From: Methanothermococcus sp. Ax23
Lineage (GTDB): Archaea > AGJL01 > Methanococci > Methanococcales > Methanococcaceae
Reading direction: 5' to 3'
DNA: 64,000 nucleotides
Assembly: GCF_049075655.1 (NCBI RefSeq)
Contig: NZ_CP157522.1
Coordinates: 1,536,001-1,600,000, forward strand
Part shown: piece after piece, positions 1 through 9,568 of the stretch
Layout of the letters: every line of letters begins with the position of its first letter
Numbering within the stretch: the stretch's first letter is position 1
Position numbers and translations under genes: made by a program
The notes under the pieces: model-generated
Database searches by the model: none
The model's input: only the letters and a program-made list of their open reading frames with translations
Told to the model about the DNA's origin: nothing

Positions 1-264
1 AACAGAGATAAAAATGTAAAACAGATGATGCCTATCATAATGAAAAATCCAGAGTTTAGAAAGTATGGAAAGGAGATTCCAAAACTCATAAACGAAATAA
101 TGAAAATTGGAATAAAACCAATCATCGATGAAGTTGCAGTATTAAAGGATGCAAAGGAATTCCTTGAAAAAGAATTTGGATGCGAAATCATTATAAACGG
201 CGAAGATAAAGCAAATAAAAAGAGATTCGCAATGCCACACAAGGTTGCCATCTATATGGAGTAG
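1..264 (+). CDS. leuS: Leucyl-tRNA synthetase, C-terminal end (partial, runs off window start)
   Basis: C-terminus ...FLEKEFGCEIIIN...KKRFAMPHKVAIYME resembles the archaeal LeuRS tail. Confidence 0.75.
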   Translation, partial: NRDKNVKQMMPIIMKNPEFRKYGKEIPKLINEIMKIGIKPIIDEVAVLKDAKEFLEKEFGCEIIINGEDKANKKRFAMPHKVAIYME

Positions 265-560
265 TTTAATCTCTAAATATAATTATTTATTTTAATTATT
301 TAATTTAGTTATTTTTAAGTATTCCAATTCATTTTTACTTCTTTTAAATATTTATACGCTAAAAAAGGTGGGATAATGATAATAGAACATATAATAACGG
401 CGATTTTAGTAATATTGATATTGATTGTAATGATAAAGATAGTAGTATCTGCCATAAAAACCGCCTTTAAATTGGCGATAATGGGATTTTTGTTCATAAT
501 ACTGCTTTGGATTGTATTGAAGTTTATATTTTAATTTTAATTCAATTTTTTGGTGAATTT

Positions 561-1301
561 ATGGATAAAAATGGAGATAACTGCACCAACATTAACAATT
601 TAAAATTAGACAAAACCCAAAGGGTTTTGTTGCTCGAACCTTCGGTTCGAATTATTAACGAATTTAAAAATCATCCTATAATACATAATTTAGTAGATTG
701 GGAGATGCTAAACAAAATATTAAAAGAAAATAACATAAAATTAATAGATTTTGTAGGTAAAGGGCATCGGGGAGTAGTTTTTAAAGGTTTAATGGATGAT
801 AAATTAGTTGCAGTTAAGGTGCCGAGAGTTGGGGCTAAAAATACAATCCACCATGAAGGAAGCATTTTAAAAGAAATTAACAAATTTGGAGTAGCCCCGA
901 TAGTTTATAATTTTTCAGAGGATTTTCTTATTATGGAATTTGCAGAGGGCATTAGCTTAAAGGACTATATGAACCAAAATGATATTGATAAAAAAGAACT
1001 TTTATGGATTATTGAAGAAACTCTTAGACAGTGTTTAAGGCTCGATTTACATAAAATAGACCACACAGAGATTCAAGGGGGAAAGCATATTATCATCAAC
1101 AAAAATATTAATAAAATATACATCATAGATTTTGATAAGGCGAAAAAAAGGAGAGCTCACAACTTCACAAGTGCCATGGCATTGTTTTTTGGTAAGTGCT
1201 ATATAGCAAATAGGGTGAAAGATGTATTAAATATCTCTGAGGATGAAGAAAGCCATATTATGGAGCTCGTAAAACTGTATAAAAAAATAGTTTTAAAATA
1301 A
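561..1301 (+). CDS. Predicted Ser/Thr protein kinase (archaeal, RIO-like fold)
   Basis: GKGHRGVV Gly-loop, VAVK lysine, IIDFD motif; GGTGA RBS before ATG 561. Confidence 0.75.
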   Translation: MDKNGDNCTNINNLKLDKTQRVLLLEPSVRIINEFKNHPIIHNLVDWEMLNKILKENNIKLIDFVGKGHRGVVFKGLMDDKLVAVKVPRVGAKNTIHHEGSILKEINKFGVAPIVYNFSEDFLIMEFAEGISLKDYMNQNDIDKKELLWIIEETLRQCLRLDLHKIDHTEIQGGKHIIINKNINKIYIIDFDKAKKRRAHNFTSAMALFFGKCYIANRVKDVLNISEDEESHIMELVKLYKKIVLK

Positions 1302-1328
1302 AAAAATAAAATAAATAAACGGGAGATT

Positions 1329-1781
1329 ATGGGAAAGAAGTATTTATTAATTTTATCATGTTCAAAAACTAAAAAGAACATTGACCGAGCTCCTGCAATA
1401 GAGCTCTACGATGGTATGTATTACAGAGTTTTAAGAAAAAATTTTAATTTAAAAGATAATAAAAATTTAGATATTTTAATATTATCTGCAAAATACGGTT
1501 TAATAGATTCCAATGAAATAATTGATTATTACGACCAATTAATGACTTCAAAAAGGGCGGAAGAATTAAAAGATAGTGTTAAATCAAAATTAAAAGAAGT
1601 TCTAAAAAATAACAACTACGATGAAATATTTATCACCATGGGGGCAACATACGAAAAGGCATTTGATAGTGAATGTAGGGAGCTCCTACAAAAATACAAC
1701 ACTCACTGGATTGAGGGCATGATTGGGGAGAGGCTTCAACAATTGAAAAAATGGTTAATATCCATTAATAATGATAAATAA
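1329..1781 (+). CDS. DUF6884/YaaA-like protein, a family often associated with TGT/DpdA loci
   Basis: LILSCSKTK...PAIELYDG...ILSAKYGLI...YYDQ motif pattern. Confidence 0.7.
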   Translation: MGKKYLLILSCSKTKKNIDRAPAIELYDGMYYRVLRKNFNLKDNKNLDILILSAKYGLIDSNEIIDYYDQLMTSKRAEELKDSVKSKLKEVLKNNNYDEIFITMGATYEKAFDSECRELLQKYNTHWIEGMIGERLQQLKKWLISINNDK

Positions 1782-1787
1782 AATAAA

Positions 1788-4106
1788 ATGCAGAATAGTG
1801 ATAATATGACATTGGAACTAAATGAATTTATAAACTCTATTGAAAATATATTGGGGTATGAGCTCAACACCAAACAGAAAGATGCCATACTTCACAAGGA
1901 TAATCCACTATGGGTTGTAGCAGGTCCTGGCTCCGGTAAAACTGAGGTTTTAGTGGTAAGAACTTTAAAGCTTATTTATGTGGATGGTGTAAATCCAAAA
2001 TCCATAATATTAACCACATTTACGAAAAAGGCTTCCCAAAATCTATTTAATAGAATTTTAAATTATTCAAATAAACTATGTGATATACATCCAAAATTAA
2101 AGGAGCTCAACATTGATATTCATAGCTTGAGAGTTGGAACACTTCACAGTTTATGCTCTGATATTATGAAGGAATATAAGTATATTGATTATGAAAATTA
2201 CAAACTAATGAATGAGATGGAAAATTATCTTTTTATATATAATCACTGCGAGCTCGTAAAGAACGGGGAGTTCTATAAAGAAGAATTATGGAAAAAATTT
2301 CAATATTTGGTTAAAAAATGGAACGCAGATAATAAAGAATGGTACATTGATACCAAAGATAAGGCAAGATTGGCTAAGGCAACTATTACATTATTTAATA
2401 GAATTGTAGAGGATAGGTTGGATTTGAATAAAATGAAGGTGAGCTCTAAAAAACACCACAGAATATTGGCAGAAGAATATGAAAAATTCATTGATAAATT
2501 GGAAGAATTTAAACTATGCAATTTTGCCACTGTGCAGTTAAAATTTTTAGAATTTTTAGATTCTGAGGACGGGGATTTATTTTTAAATGGTGGTGGGCAC
2601 AATCCAGAATTAAAATATATTATGGTGGATGAATACCAAGATACAAATCCTATTCAAGAGGAAATATATTTTAAATTGGCAAAGCATACTGAAAATAAAA
2701 ATTTATGTGTTGTAGGGGATGATGACCAGGCGTTGTATAGATTTAGGGGCGGGACTGTTGATTGTATGGTAAGGTTTGGTGATTCCTGCGAGAAAAAGTT
2801 GGGAATTCCAAAGGAGAATGTGAATAAAATATTTTTAAACTTAAATTATAGGTCTCATAAGGATATTGTAAAGTATTGCAATGATTATATAACATCCTTT
2901 GAGAAGTTAAAAAATGTTGAAATGGAAAAAGCAAGAGTTAAAGGTAAGCCACCATTAAAACCAGAAAAATCAATTAATGAAACATATCCTGCTTTAAACT
3001 ATCTCAAAGAAGAAAAAGATGAAGAATTAGCAAAAAAGGTTGTAGATGCTGTAAAATATTTTAAAGAAAATAGCATTATTGAGGATTACTCCCAATGTGT
3101 GTTATTAATCAAAAGCACAAGGGAAATAGATTATAAAGGAGAAAAGACCTTTATAGGACATGCTGTAAGTGAATTAACCAATAAGGGCATTGAAACATAC
3201 AATCCAAGGTCAAAGAACTTTTTAAGTCAAGAAGAAATAAAATTGGCATTGGGGGCATTCATATCTATTGTAGATAACGATTTGTATGTTCTGGAAAATA
3301 AACTGAGCTCTGAAAATATAAGCTCCGTTGTTGTAAATTGGTTTAATGAATATGAAAAAAATAAAGATAAATATCTAGAATTAAAGGAATATGTTGATAA
3401 ATCTGTCGAGAAAATCAAAAGTATGAAAGCAGGGAACTGGACAAATGCAACTATACAAGACATTCTTTATAAAATATTTGCATGCAGTCCTTTTTCAGAG
3501 TGGATGGATGACACTGAAAAAAGTTGTAGATTGGCAAAACTCACTCAAATATTTGATAGTTATTCATCAATACCTATGGATAATCCAGAGGTAAGCAGGG
3601 GAGCTCTGAAAATTGATTCGGAAGAGGATGGAAAAATTGACACTTTGTGGTTAATAAACTTTTACGGTTCTCTTGTTGGGCACTTTGTAAATGGGATGGA
3701 CGATTTAGAGGATGAGGAAGTAATAATTCCAGATGGGAAATTTCCTATTATGACTGTGCATCAGGCAAAAGGTTTGGAATTTCCAATAGTTTTCGTATAT
3801 GTTGAGAATTGGAAGGCTGAAGCAGATGCAGGCGCAAGATTGGAAGGGGAATTTTCAGAATACACAGATTTTAAAAGAATTACAACTAACCAATTCATAA
3901 AAACTAATCAAGACATGGTAAGATTTCACTATGTGGCATACTCACGAGCTCAGTATGGACTCATACATTTGTGGAGCTCCGAAAATTTGGAAAAGAGAAA
4001 GAGGAATAAGAGCAAATTGTATGGATTTATAAAAGGAAAACCAAATAATCTTGTAAGATATATTAAGAACCTCTATAATGGGAATGGTGCTAATAATACT
4101 TTATAA
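1788..4106 (+). CDS. UvrD/REP-family (SF1) ATP-dependent helicase
   Basis: AGPGSGKT, TFTKKA, VDEYQDTN, VGDDDQALYRFRG, NYRS, MTVHQAKGLEF, YVAYSRA motifs. Confidence 0.93.
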   Translation: MQNSDNMTLELNEFINSIENILGYELNTKQKDAILHKDNPLWVVAGPGSGKTEVLVVRTLKLIYVDGVNPKSIILTTFTKKASQNLFNRILNYSNKLCDIHPKLKELNIDIHSLRVGTLHSLCSDIMKEYKYIDYENYKLMNEMENYLFIYNHCELVKNGEFYKEELWKKFQYLVKKWNADNKEWYIDTKDKARLAKATITLFNRIVEDRLDLNKMKVSSKKHHRILAEEYEKFIDKLEEFKLCNFATVQLKFLEFLDSEDGDLFLNGGGHNPELKYIMVDEYQDTNPIQEEIYFKLAKHTENKNLCVVGDDDQALYRFRGGTVDCMVRFGDSCEKKLGIPKENVNKIFLNLNYRSHKDIVKYCNDYITSFEKLKNVEMEKARVKGKPPLKPEKSINETYPALNYLKEEKDEELAKKVVDAVKYFKENSIIEDYSQCVLLIKSTREIDYKGEKTFIGHAVSELTNKGIETYNPRSKNFLSQEEIKLALGAFISIVDNDLYVLENKLSSENISSVVVNWFNEYEKNKDKYLELKEYVDKSVEKIKSMKAGNWTNATIQDILYKIFACSPFSEWMDDTEKSCRLAKLTQIFDSYSSIPMDNPEVSRGALKIDSEEDGKIDTLWLINFYGSLVGHFVNGMDDLEDEEVIIPDGKFPIMTVHQAKGLEFPIVFVYVENWKAEADAGARLEGEFSEYTDFKRITTNQFIKTNQDMVRFHYVAYSRAQYGLIHLWSSENLEKRKRNKSKLYGFIKGKPNNLVRYIKNLYNGNGANNTL

Positions 4107-4125
4107 ATAAATATTTGGTGAAAAT

Positions 4126-5061
4126 GTGCTATTTGAGACGCTTAACAAATATAAATCTTTAAAAATAAAAAAAGAAGAAGATAATGATAAAATAAAACAA
4201 AAATACAGCATTACCGCAGATATACTATCCTTTCAAATATGTAAAAGGCAGTATGGATTTAACACAGTTAAGGGGTTTAGCAATACTCAGGAAACTCAGG
4301 AATGGCATGGAACCTTAATTCATCAGGTTTTAAGCAGATTGCATGGAAAATATCTACATAATGTAAAGCTTAAAAATAAAGGAATAATTGGAGAAAAAGA
4401 TTTAATACCAACAGATAAAGATGTAGAGGAGCTCTTTAAAAAAGCAAATGAAGTTTTAAAATCAAGAGGTATTAAACCAAAAAGTAGGGAAAATGAGGAA
4501 AAAATACTAAATCTTTTAAAAATATTTAATAAAAGGGAAGGGAAAACACTATATCCAAGGATTGTTGATTCTGAGTTAAGATTGCAGGCAGATATGGGGG
4601 ATTACATACTATACGGGGTAATAGATGTCGTTGTTGAAGGGAATGAAGGCATTGAAATATGGGATTACAAAGGAATGAAATTTCCAGATTTAAACCGAGA
4701 CTGGGGAAAGAAAAAACTCAGAAGATATGAATACCAAATGCTTGTTTATGCCGAGCTCTACAAACAGAGGTTCGGGAATTACCCTTCAAAATGTGTTTTG
4801 TATTTTATGAATGAGCTCACTAAGGGGAGCCCCCCTTATTTGAAATATGTGATTGATTTTAACGATAAGAATAATATTGATAAAATTAAAGATGCAATTG
4901 AAGATTTTTCAAATACTGTTAAAAAAATAGAATACTGCAAGGAAAACAACAATTGGACTATTGATGAAAAAGAAAAGCCAGACAAAGAAACCTGTGATGT
5001 TTGCGATTTAAGATGGAGTTGCCCCGCAGTTAAGGGAAAATATGAGATAAAACCCCTTTAA
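4126..5061 (+). CDS. PD-(D/E)XK (RecB/AddB/Cas4-like) nuclease with probable Fe-S/Zn Cys cage
   Basis: N-terminal Cys (FQICKRQY), GTLIH, GVIDVV, IWDYK, QMLVYA, C-terminal CDVCDLRWSC. Confidence 0.85.
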   Translation: MLFETLNKYKSLKIKKEEDNDKIKQKYSITADILSFQICKRQYGFNTVKGFSNTQETQEWHGTLIHQVLSRLHGKYLHNVKLKNKGIIGEKDLIPTDKDVEELFKKANEVLKSRGIKPKSRENEEKILNLLKIFNKREGKTLYPRIVDSELRLQADMGDYILYGVIDVVVEGNEGIEIWDYKGMKFPDLNRDWGKKKLRRYEYQMLVYAELYKQRFGNYPSKCVLYFMNELTKGSPPYLKYVIDFNDKNNIDKIKDAIEDFSNTVKKIEYCKENNNWTIDEKEKPDKETCDVCDLRWSCPAVKGKYEIKPL

Positions 5062-5078
5062 ATAAGGATAGAATATTA

Positions 5079-5171
5079 GACAAAATCACTTCGTGATTTT
5101 GTTGTTTGTCCAAGCGAAGCGAAGGACAACTTAAAACCGTAGGTTTTAGGTCGCTTGCTACCGCAAACGAT
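5079..5171. repeat. Stacked short-hairpin repeat cluster (copy A)
   Basis: acaaaatcac-ttc-gtgattttgt; ttaaaacc-gta-ggttttag; tcgcttgc-tacc-gcaaacga; right half matches the reverse complement of the cluster at 14326. Confidence 0.8.
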
Positions 5172-5258
5172 AACACAACTGGCAATGATAAATCTAATAT
5201 AACTTATTATTTAATTAATTAATAAAATTTATACTAACTATTACCTATCGGTGTAATA

Positions 5259-6521
5259 ATGATAAGATATTTTTTACCAGACTGGGAAGACAGATTAGAC
5301 CCAAATTTTGATTTTATAAATGATGAATACTCAGAAGAACATAAAACGAATCCCTATGAAAATGATGTGTATGCTCACCAAATTTTTAAAGAGCCCCCTT
5401 ATGATGGTATTTTATTTAGTTTAAGCGTTTTTAAGTCTAAAATCTCATTAAACAATAAAAAAGAAATTTACAAAATAAGAAATCATACGAGCATAAAGGA
5501 TTATTTAAAAATCCCTAAAAACTCAAATTTAGAAGTAATGGGAGACTGTGGAGCATTTGGATATGTAAATGAAAAAGAGCCACCGTTGCCCTTTTACAGC
5601 GTTGAAAATGTTGCCAAATTATACCATAAATTAGGTTTTGATTATGGAGTAGCTCCTGACCATTTAGTAGTGGATAAAATAACGATAAAAGACGAAAACG
5701 GAAAGAAAAAGAAAGTTCCTCTTACTCAAAAAGAGAAAGATTATAGGATAAACCTTACTTTGGAAAATGCTGAAAAGTTTTTAAAACTACACAATAAAAA
5801 AGGATACAACTACATACCCATTGGGACAGCACAGGGTTATGATGTGGAATCCTATAAGAGCTCCGTTAAATCACTTGTTGATATGGGTTATAATTACATT
5901 GCTCTTGGAAGTCTTGTAGGTTATAAGACCGAATTTATATTGAACATACTTCATGGAATACAGCCTGTGATAAGTGAAGACATAAAAATCCATTTATTTG
6001 GTGTTGTAAGAATAGGAGCTCTGAAAAAATTTGAAGAGTTGGGAGTTAAAAGTTTGGACAGCACCTCATTTTTAAGAAAGGCATGGTTAAGGTCAGGTCA
6101 AAATTATATGAAAGATGGTAAAGGGTATGCTGCTATAAGAGTTCCCTATACTTCAAATCCGAGAACTACGAAGAAAGTATTGGAAAAAGGATATTCAATG
6201 GAGTATTTAAAAGAGTTAGAACGCCGAGCTCTGAAAACACTGTTAGATTATGAAAAGGGACTGATTGATATAGATAAGACTCTTGATATTGTAATGGAAT
6301 ATGATAAATTATTTTTAAGAAACTCGAGAGATGGGAAAAATTTAAGGGAAAAATATTATAAAACTTTAAAAGATAAACCTTGGGAATCCTGCGAATGCCC
6401 CATATGTAAAGAACTGGGCATACATGTGGTGATATTTAGGGGAACCAATAGGAATAAGAGAAGGGGATTTCATAATGTATGGGAGCTCAGGCGGATGATG
6501 AAAGGCAATCAAAATGTCTAA
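5259..6521 (+). CDS. dpdA: tRNA-guanine transglycosylase-like protein of the DpdA type (probable 7-deazaguanine DNA insertion)
   Basis: YFLPDWEDRLDP N-terminus, MGDCGAF, PDH, GTAQG, IALGSLV, IHLFGV, SLDSTS, Zn site CECPIC...RGFHN. Confidence 0.8.
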   Translation: MIRYFLPDWEDRLDPNFDFINDEYSEEHKTNPYENDVYAHQIFKEPPYDGILFSLSVFKSKISLNNKKEIYKIRNHTSIKDYLKIPKNSNLEVMGDCGAFGYVNEKEPPLPFYSVENVAKLYHKLGFDYGVAPDHLVVDKITIKDENGKKKKVPLTQKEKDYRINLTLENAEKFLKLHNKKGYNYIPIGTAQGYDVESYKSSVKSLVDMGYNYIALGSLVGYKTEFILNILHGIQPVISEDIKIHLFGVVRIGALKKFEELGVKSLDSTSFLRKAWLRSGQNYMKDGKGYAAIRVPYTSNPRTTKKVLEKGYSMEYLKELERRALKTLLDYEKGLIDIDKTLDIVMEYDKLFLRNSRDGKNLREKYYKTLKDKPWESCECPICKELGIHVVIFRGTNRNKRRGFHNVWELRRMMKGNQNV

Positions 6522-6881
6522 TTATTTATGCGAAAAAAGAGAGCAACTCCAAAATTGTTGTTTTATGCATTAGAGTATGTTTTATGAGAAAATACATACC
6601 AATAATGTCTGACCTACTCCAACGAGTGAACTCGTTGGGTTCTCGCTTACGGTAGTAAGCGAGCAACGAAATCACGAAGTGATTTCGTCTAATTTTAGTA
6701 GGGTTTAACCCTACACGGGTGGCCAAGCCCACTACCCCTACCCATTAATGGGTTCAGGGCTACGCTATGCACTTCCAACCACTACCAGCGGTAGAGTTTT
6801 CACTAACCCTACCCATAGATACTTGGACTGGTAGCGTTACTTACTACTAATCTTCATATATTTATATTTTACTACTTACTA

Positions 6882-7926
6882 GAGGTTGTCGAAAAATATT
6901 AAATTATCAATAACATATAATACATGTTATGAAGGGGAATATAAAAAAGAAAATAGAAAAGAAAAAGACCAATCCTAAGACAAAAGGATACTGGAGAATA
7001 TACGACCTTAGATATAAGAAATACGACCTAAGAACTACTTATACGTTGATTTTATCCATTACAAACATGCTGAATCGTCCTTCTACCGAAGGACGAAAGG
7101 TTGGTAGGGTATCTGCCCTACCCTATAATGAATATGTGGTAGTTCTAATATTAAAACATATCTACAAACTAAGTTTAAGGGATTTAGAGACACTCTCAAA
7201 TACATTACATAACAAACATATTGACCATTCCACATACGGTAAAGCATTCAAGCGAATAGATACCTGGTGGTTATCTACCTTACTTACTTTTACATATGTA
7301 ATTATAGATAATCTACTAACTCAGCCCTCCAACAAACTATATATGGCAGACTCAACAGGAGTTTCCATAAATAGGTTATACTATGAGTGCATTCACGGAG
7401 GGAAACGTACTAAACGATTGGTGCATGATAAATTGCATGTTCTAGCATCATACTATCCAGAACAAGGATATATTCCAATAATCTCCGCCCGTTGGGGCGG
7501 AGGTTATAGTTCCGATAGTGCCAACCTATTGGAAATGGTTAAACAGATTGATTTTTTAGATAATGAATATCTACTGGCTGATGGAGGATATGATTGCTGT
7601 GAATTGTTTGAATATTTACTACAACACAATATCACTCCAATAGTTAAAACAAAAGAATTCAAGTGGAAGTATCATATTAGCAAAGTTAGAAAAACCATTA
7701 AGAGCATGTTTAACAAGGATTGGTATCGCCTTCGGGGGATAGTAGAATCCATATTTGGAGGGCTGGAGACTAAAAACAGGTTAAAATTAGATGACAGGTT
7801 GGCGGATAGCAGATGTAAAAGCACTATCGCAGTAGCGATAGTGCATAACATATTAACACTAATGAGGATATTAGTATTAACATATGATACCAAATAAATT
7901 TACTAATTCAATTATTCGACAACCTC
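6882..7926 (+). mobile_element. Complete insertion sequence (IS5-like DDE) with 16-bp terminal inverted repeats and 9-bp target duplication
   Basis: TIR gaggttgtcgaaaaat (6882) / attattcgacaacctc (7911-7926), 15/16 match; TSD tacttacta at 6873-6881 and 7927-7935. Confidence 0.92.
6929..7897 (+). CDS. DDE transposase (IS5/IS4 superfamily)
   Basis: LSLRDLE and DHST helix region; ADSTG, KLH, LADGGYD, YRLRGIVESIFG catalytic motifs. Confidence 0.9.
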   Translation: MKGNIKKKIEKKKTNPKTKGYWRIYDLRYKKYDLRTTYTLILSITNMLNRPSTEGRKVGRVSALPYNEYVVVLILKHIYKLSLRDLETLSNTLHNKHIDHSTYGKAFKRIDTWWLSTLLTFTYVIIDNLLTQPSNKLYMADSTGVSINRLYYECIHGGKRTKRLVHDKLHVLASYYPEQGYIPIISARWGGGYSSDSANLLEMVKQIDFLDNEYLLADGGYDCCELFEYLLQHNITPIVKTKEFKWKYHISKVRKTIKSMFNKDWYRLRGIVESIFGGLETKNRLKLDDRLADSRCKSTIAVAIVHNILTLMRILVLTYDTK

Positions 7927-8041
7927 TACTTACTAGCCAATATAATGTCCGCCTCTCATCCAATCTCGTAAGAGATTTTACAAAACTATGTTTTGTATAA
8001 CGACTGAAGTCGTTGGCTTTCCCGGCGGTTTATCGTAAATA

Positions 8042-8533
8042 TTATTTATTATCACCATGGTCAGATAAGATAGTAACATCGAATTCACAACAGTCATCTC
8101 CATTTGCATAACATTTTGTCTCCACAACTTTAACTTTTTTATCCAATATGGACTCTAAACATCCAGCAATAATTCCTGCTTCAAAATAACATATTGGTTT
8201 ACCTAAATTAGGCAATCCTGCGCAATCGATACATTCCCTGATTCTAAATTTTAACGGATCCTCACTAACTACGCTTAAAATTCCGATACCCAATTCTTTA
8301 AAAAATTCTTTCATATCATCTATTGATTTAATACCAATGTTTTCTCCAAAATGCATTCCCGCAAAATACAACTTAGATGCTGCATTAAATCCCAAATACT
8401 CAATAATTGAAAGTTTGAGTGCTCTAATCAATGAAACATCAGCTTGCCTACCCAGTGTAGGTCTATCTACATTACATATTTCTTCAAAACTTAGTTCTAA
8501 AATGTCTGATTTTTTCACAATATCCCTCCCCAA
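8042..8533 (-). CDS. V4R domain protein
   Basis: ECIDC...ICYFEAGIIAG...ETKCYANGDDCCEF. Confidence 0.85.
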   Translation of the reverse strand: MGRDIVKKSDILELSFEEICNVDRPTLGRQADVSLIRALKLSIIEYLGFNAASKLYFAGMHFGENIGIKSIDDMKEFFKELGIGILSVVSEDPLKFRIRECIDCAGLPNLGKPICYFEAGIIAGCLESILDKKVKVVETKCYANGDDCCEFDVTILSDHGDNK

Positions 8534-8723
8534 TCACGCGAATTTCAAACATTTTAATTTATGTGTGTCGTATATATAAATATTATGGGATTATGACATA
8601 TAGCTATCCAATTTATTACCATAATGGATTGTTAAGTTCAAACTATTCATATCTAAATTTATTAAATAAAATTATATATAGTATCAAATGGATAACTATA
8701 AAATAAAATATAGAGGGGATATT

Positions 8724-9488
8724 ATGGTAAAAATTATAGAAAAAATAATAAAAGATGCAGAGCCATTAAAAGATGCTATATTAATAGAGGGCCTTCCAGG
8801 AATAGGTCATGTAGGTAGAATAGCCGCAGAACATTTAATTCATGAATTTAATGGAGAAAAAGTTTTAGAACTTTATTGTGATGATTTTCCACCGCAAGTT
8901 TTGGTTAATAATGATGGAACAGTTGAATTTATGAATAATGAATTTTATTTAATAAAAGAACCAGTTCCCATGGTCGTAGTTCTTGGAAATACTCAAGCAC
9001 TTTCACCTGCGGGCCAATATCAACTTTCTCAAAAAATCGTAGAAATTGGTATAAGATACGGTGCAAAAATCACCTATACATTAGGGGGATTCGGCATAGG
9101 GCAGATAAAAGATACACCAACAGTTTATGTAGCTTCAACATCAAAAGAATTAGCCGATAAAATAAGCGAGCTCGGTGCTGAATTTAGACAGGATGGTGGA
9201 AGTATTATAGGAGCTGCTGGTTTGATGCTCACATTTTCAAAATTAAATGGCATTGAGGGGGTATGTCTTATGGGAGAAACTCCTGGATACTTGGTAGACC
9301 CAAAATCTGCAAGAAGAGTATTGGAAATACTTTCAAAGTTTGTTGGATTTGAGATTAGCATGAAAGAACTTGAAGAAAGGGCAAAAGAGATGGAAAAGTT
9401 CCTTGAAAAAATTAGAAAGTTCGAAGAAGAGGCATTGCAACAGCAGCAGATTCCTGCAAGTGAAGATGATTTAAGATATATAGGATAA
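8724..9488 (+). CDS. Proteasome assembly chaperone (PAC2) family protein
   Basis: IEGLPGIGHVG, FPPQV, TLGG, IIGAAGL, LMGETPGYLVDP. Confidence 0.88.
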   Translation: MVKIIEKIIKDAEPLKDAILIEGLPGIGHVGRIAAEHLIHEFNGEKVLELYCDDFPPQVLVNNDGTVEFMNNEFYLIKEPVPMVVVLGNTQALSPAGQYQLSQKIVEIGIRYGAKITYTLGGFGIGQIKDTPTVYVASTSKELADKISELGAEFRQDGGSIIGAAGLMLTFSKLNGIEGVCLMGETPGYLVDPKSARRVLEILSKFVGFEISMKELEERAKEMEKFLEKIRKFEEEALQQQQIPASEDDLRYIG

Positions 9489-9568
9489 ATGAAATAATTA
9501 TTATTTTTTAAAATATAATATATATAGTATATATTATTTCAAAAAACTCAATAGATTTTATATATAAT

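Larger units (their letters stand above)
6609..8034 (-). mobile_element. Non-autonomous IS200/IS605-type miniature element (family 1) carrying a nested IS
   Basis: Minus strand: TTTAC target, left-end hairpin ccaacgacttcagtcgtt..tgg, GC-rich structured segment, right-end hairpin ccaacgagttcactcgttgg followed by agtaggtca; no tnpA/tnpB. Confidence 0.65.

Noticed and set aside
315-497. 60-aa hydrophobic ORF on the minus strand
   Set aside because: Low-complexity Ile/Asn sequence with no motif; cannot be supported, though a small membrane protein here is not excluded
5259-6521. Housekeeping archaeosine tRNA-guanine transglycosylase
   Set aside because: Lacks the arcTGT N-terminal pattern and C-terminal PUA domain; context is helicase/nuclease
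6513-6608. Possible truncated dpdB start overlapping the dpdA stop
   Set aside because: An ATG overlaps the stop region but the frame closes after about 19 codons and no DGQHR-type motif is visible
6526-6732. 68-aa ORF on the minus strand
   Set aside because: Lies across a miniature-element end and hairpin cluster; no protein-like features
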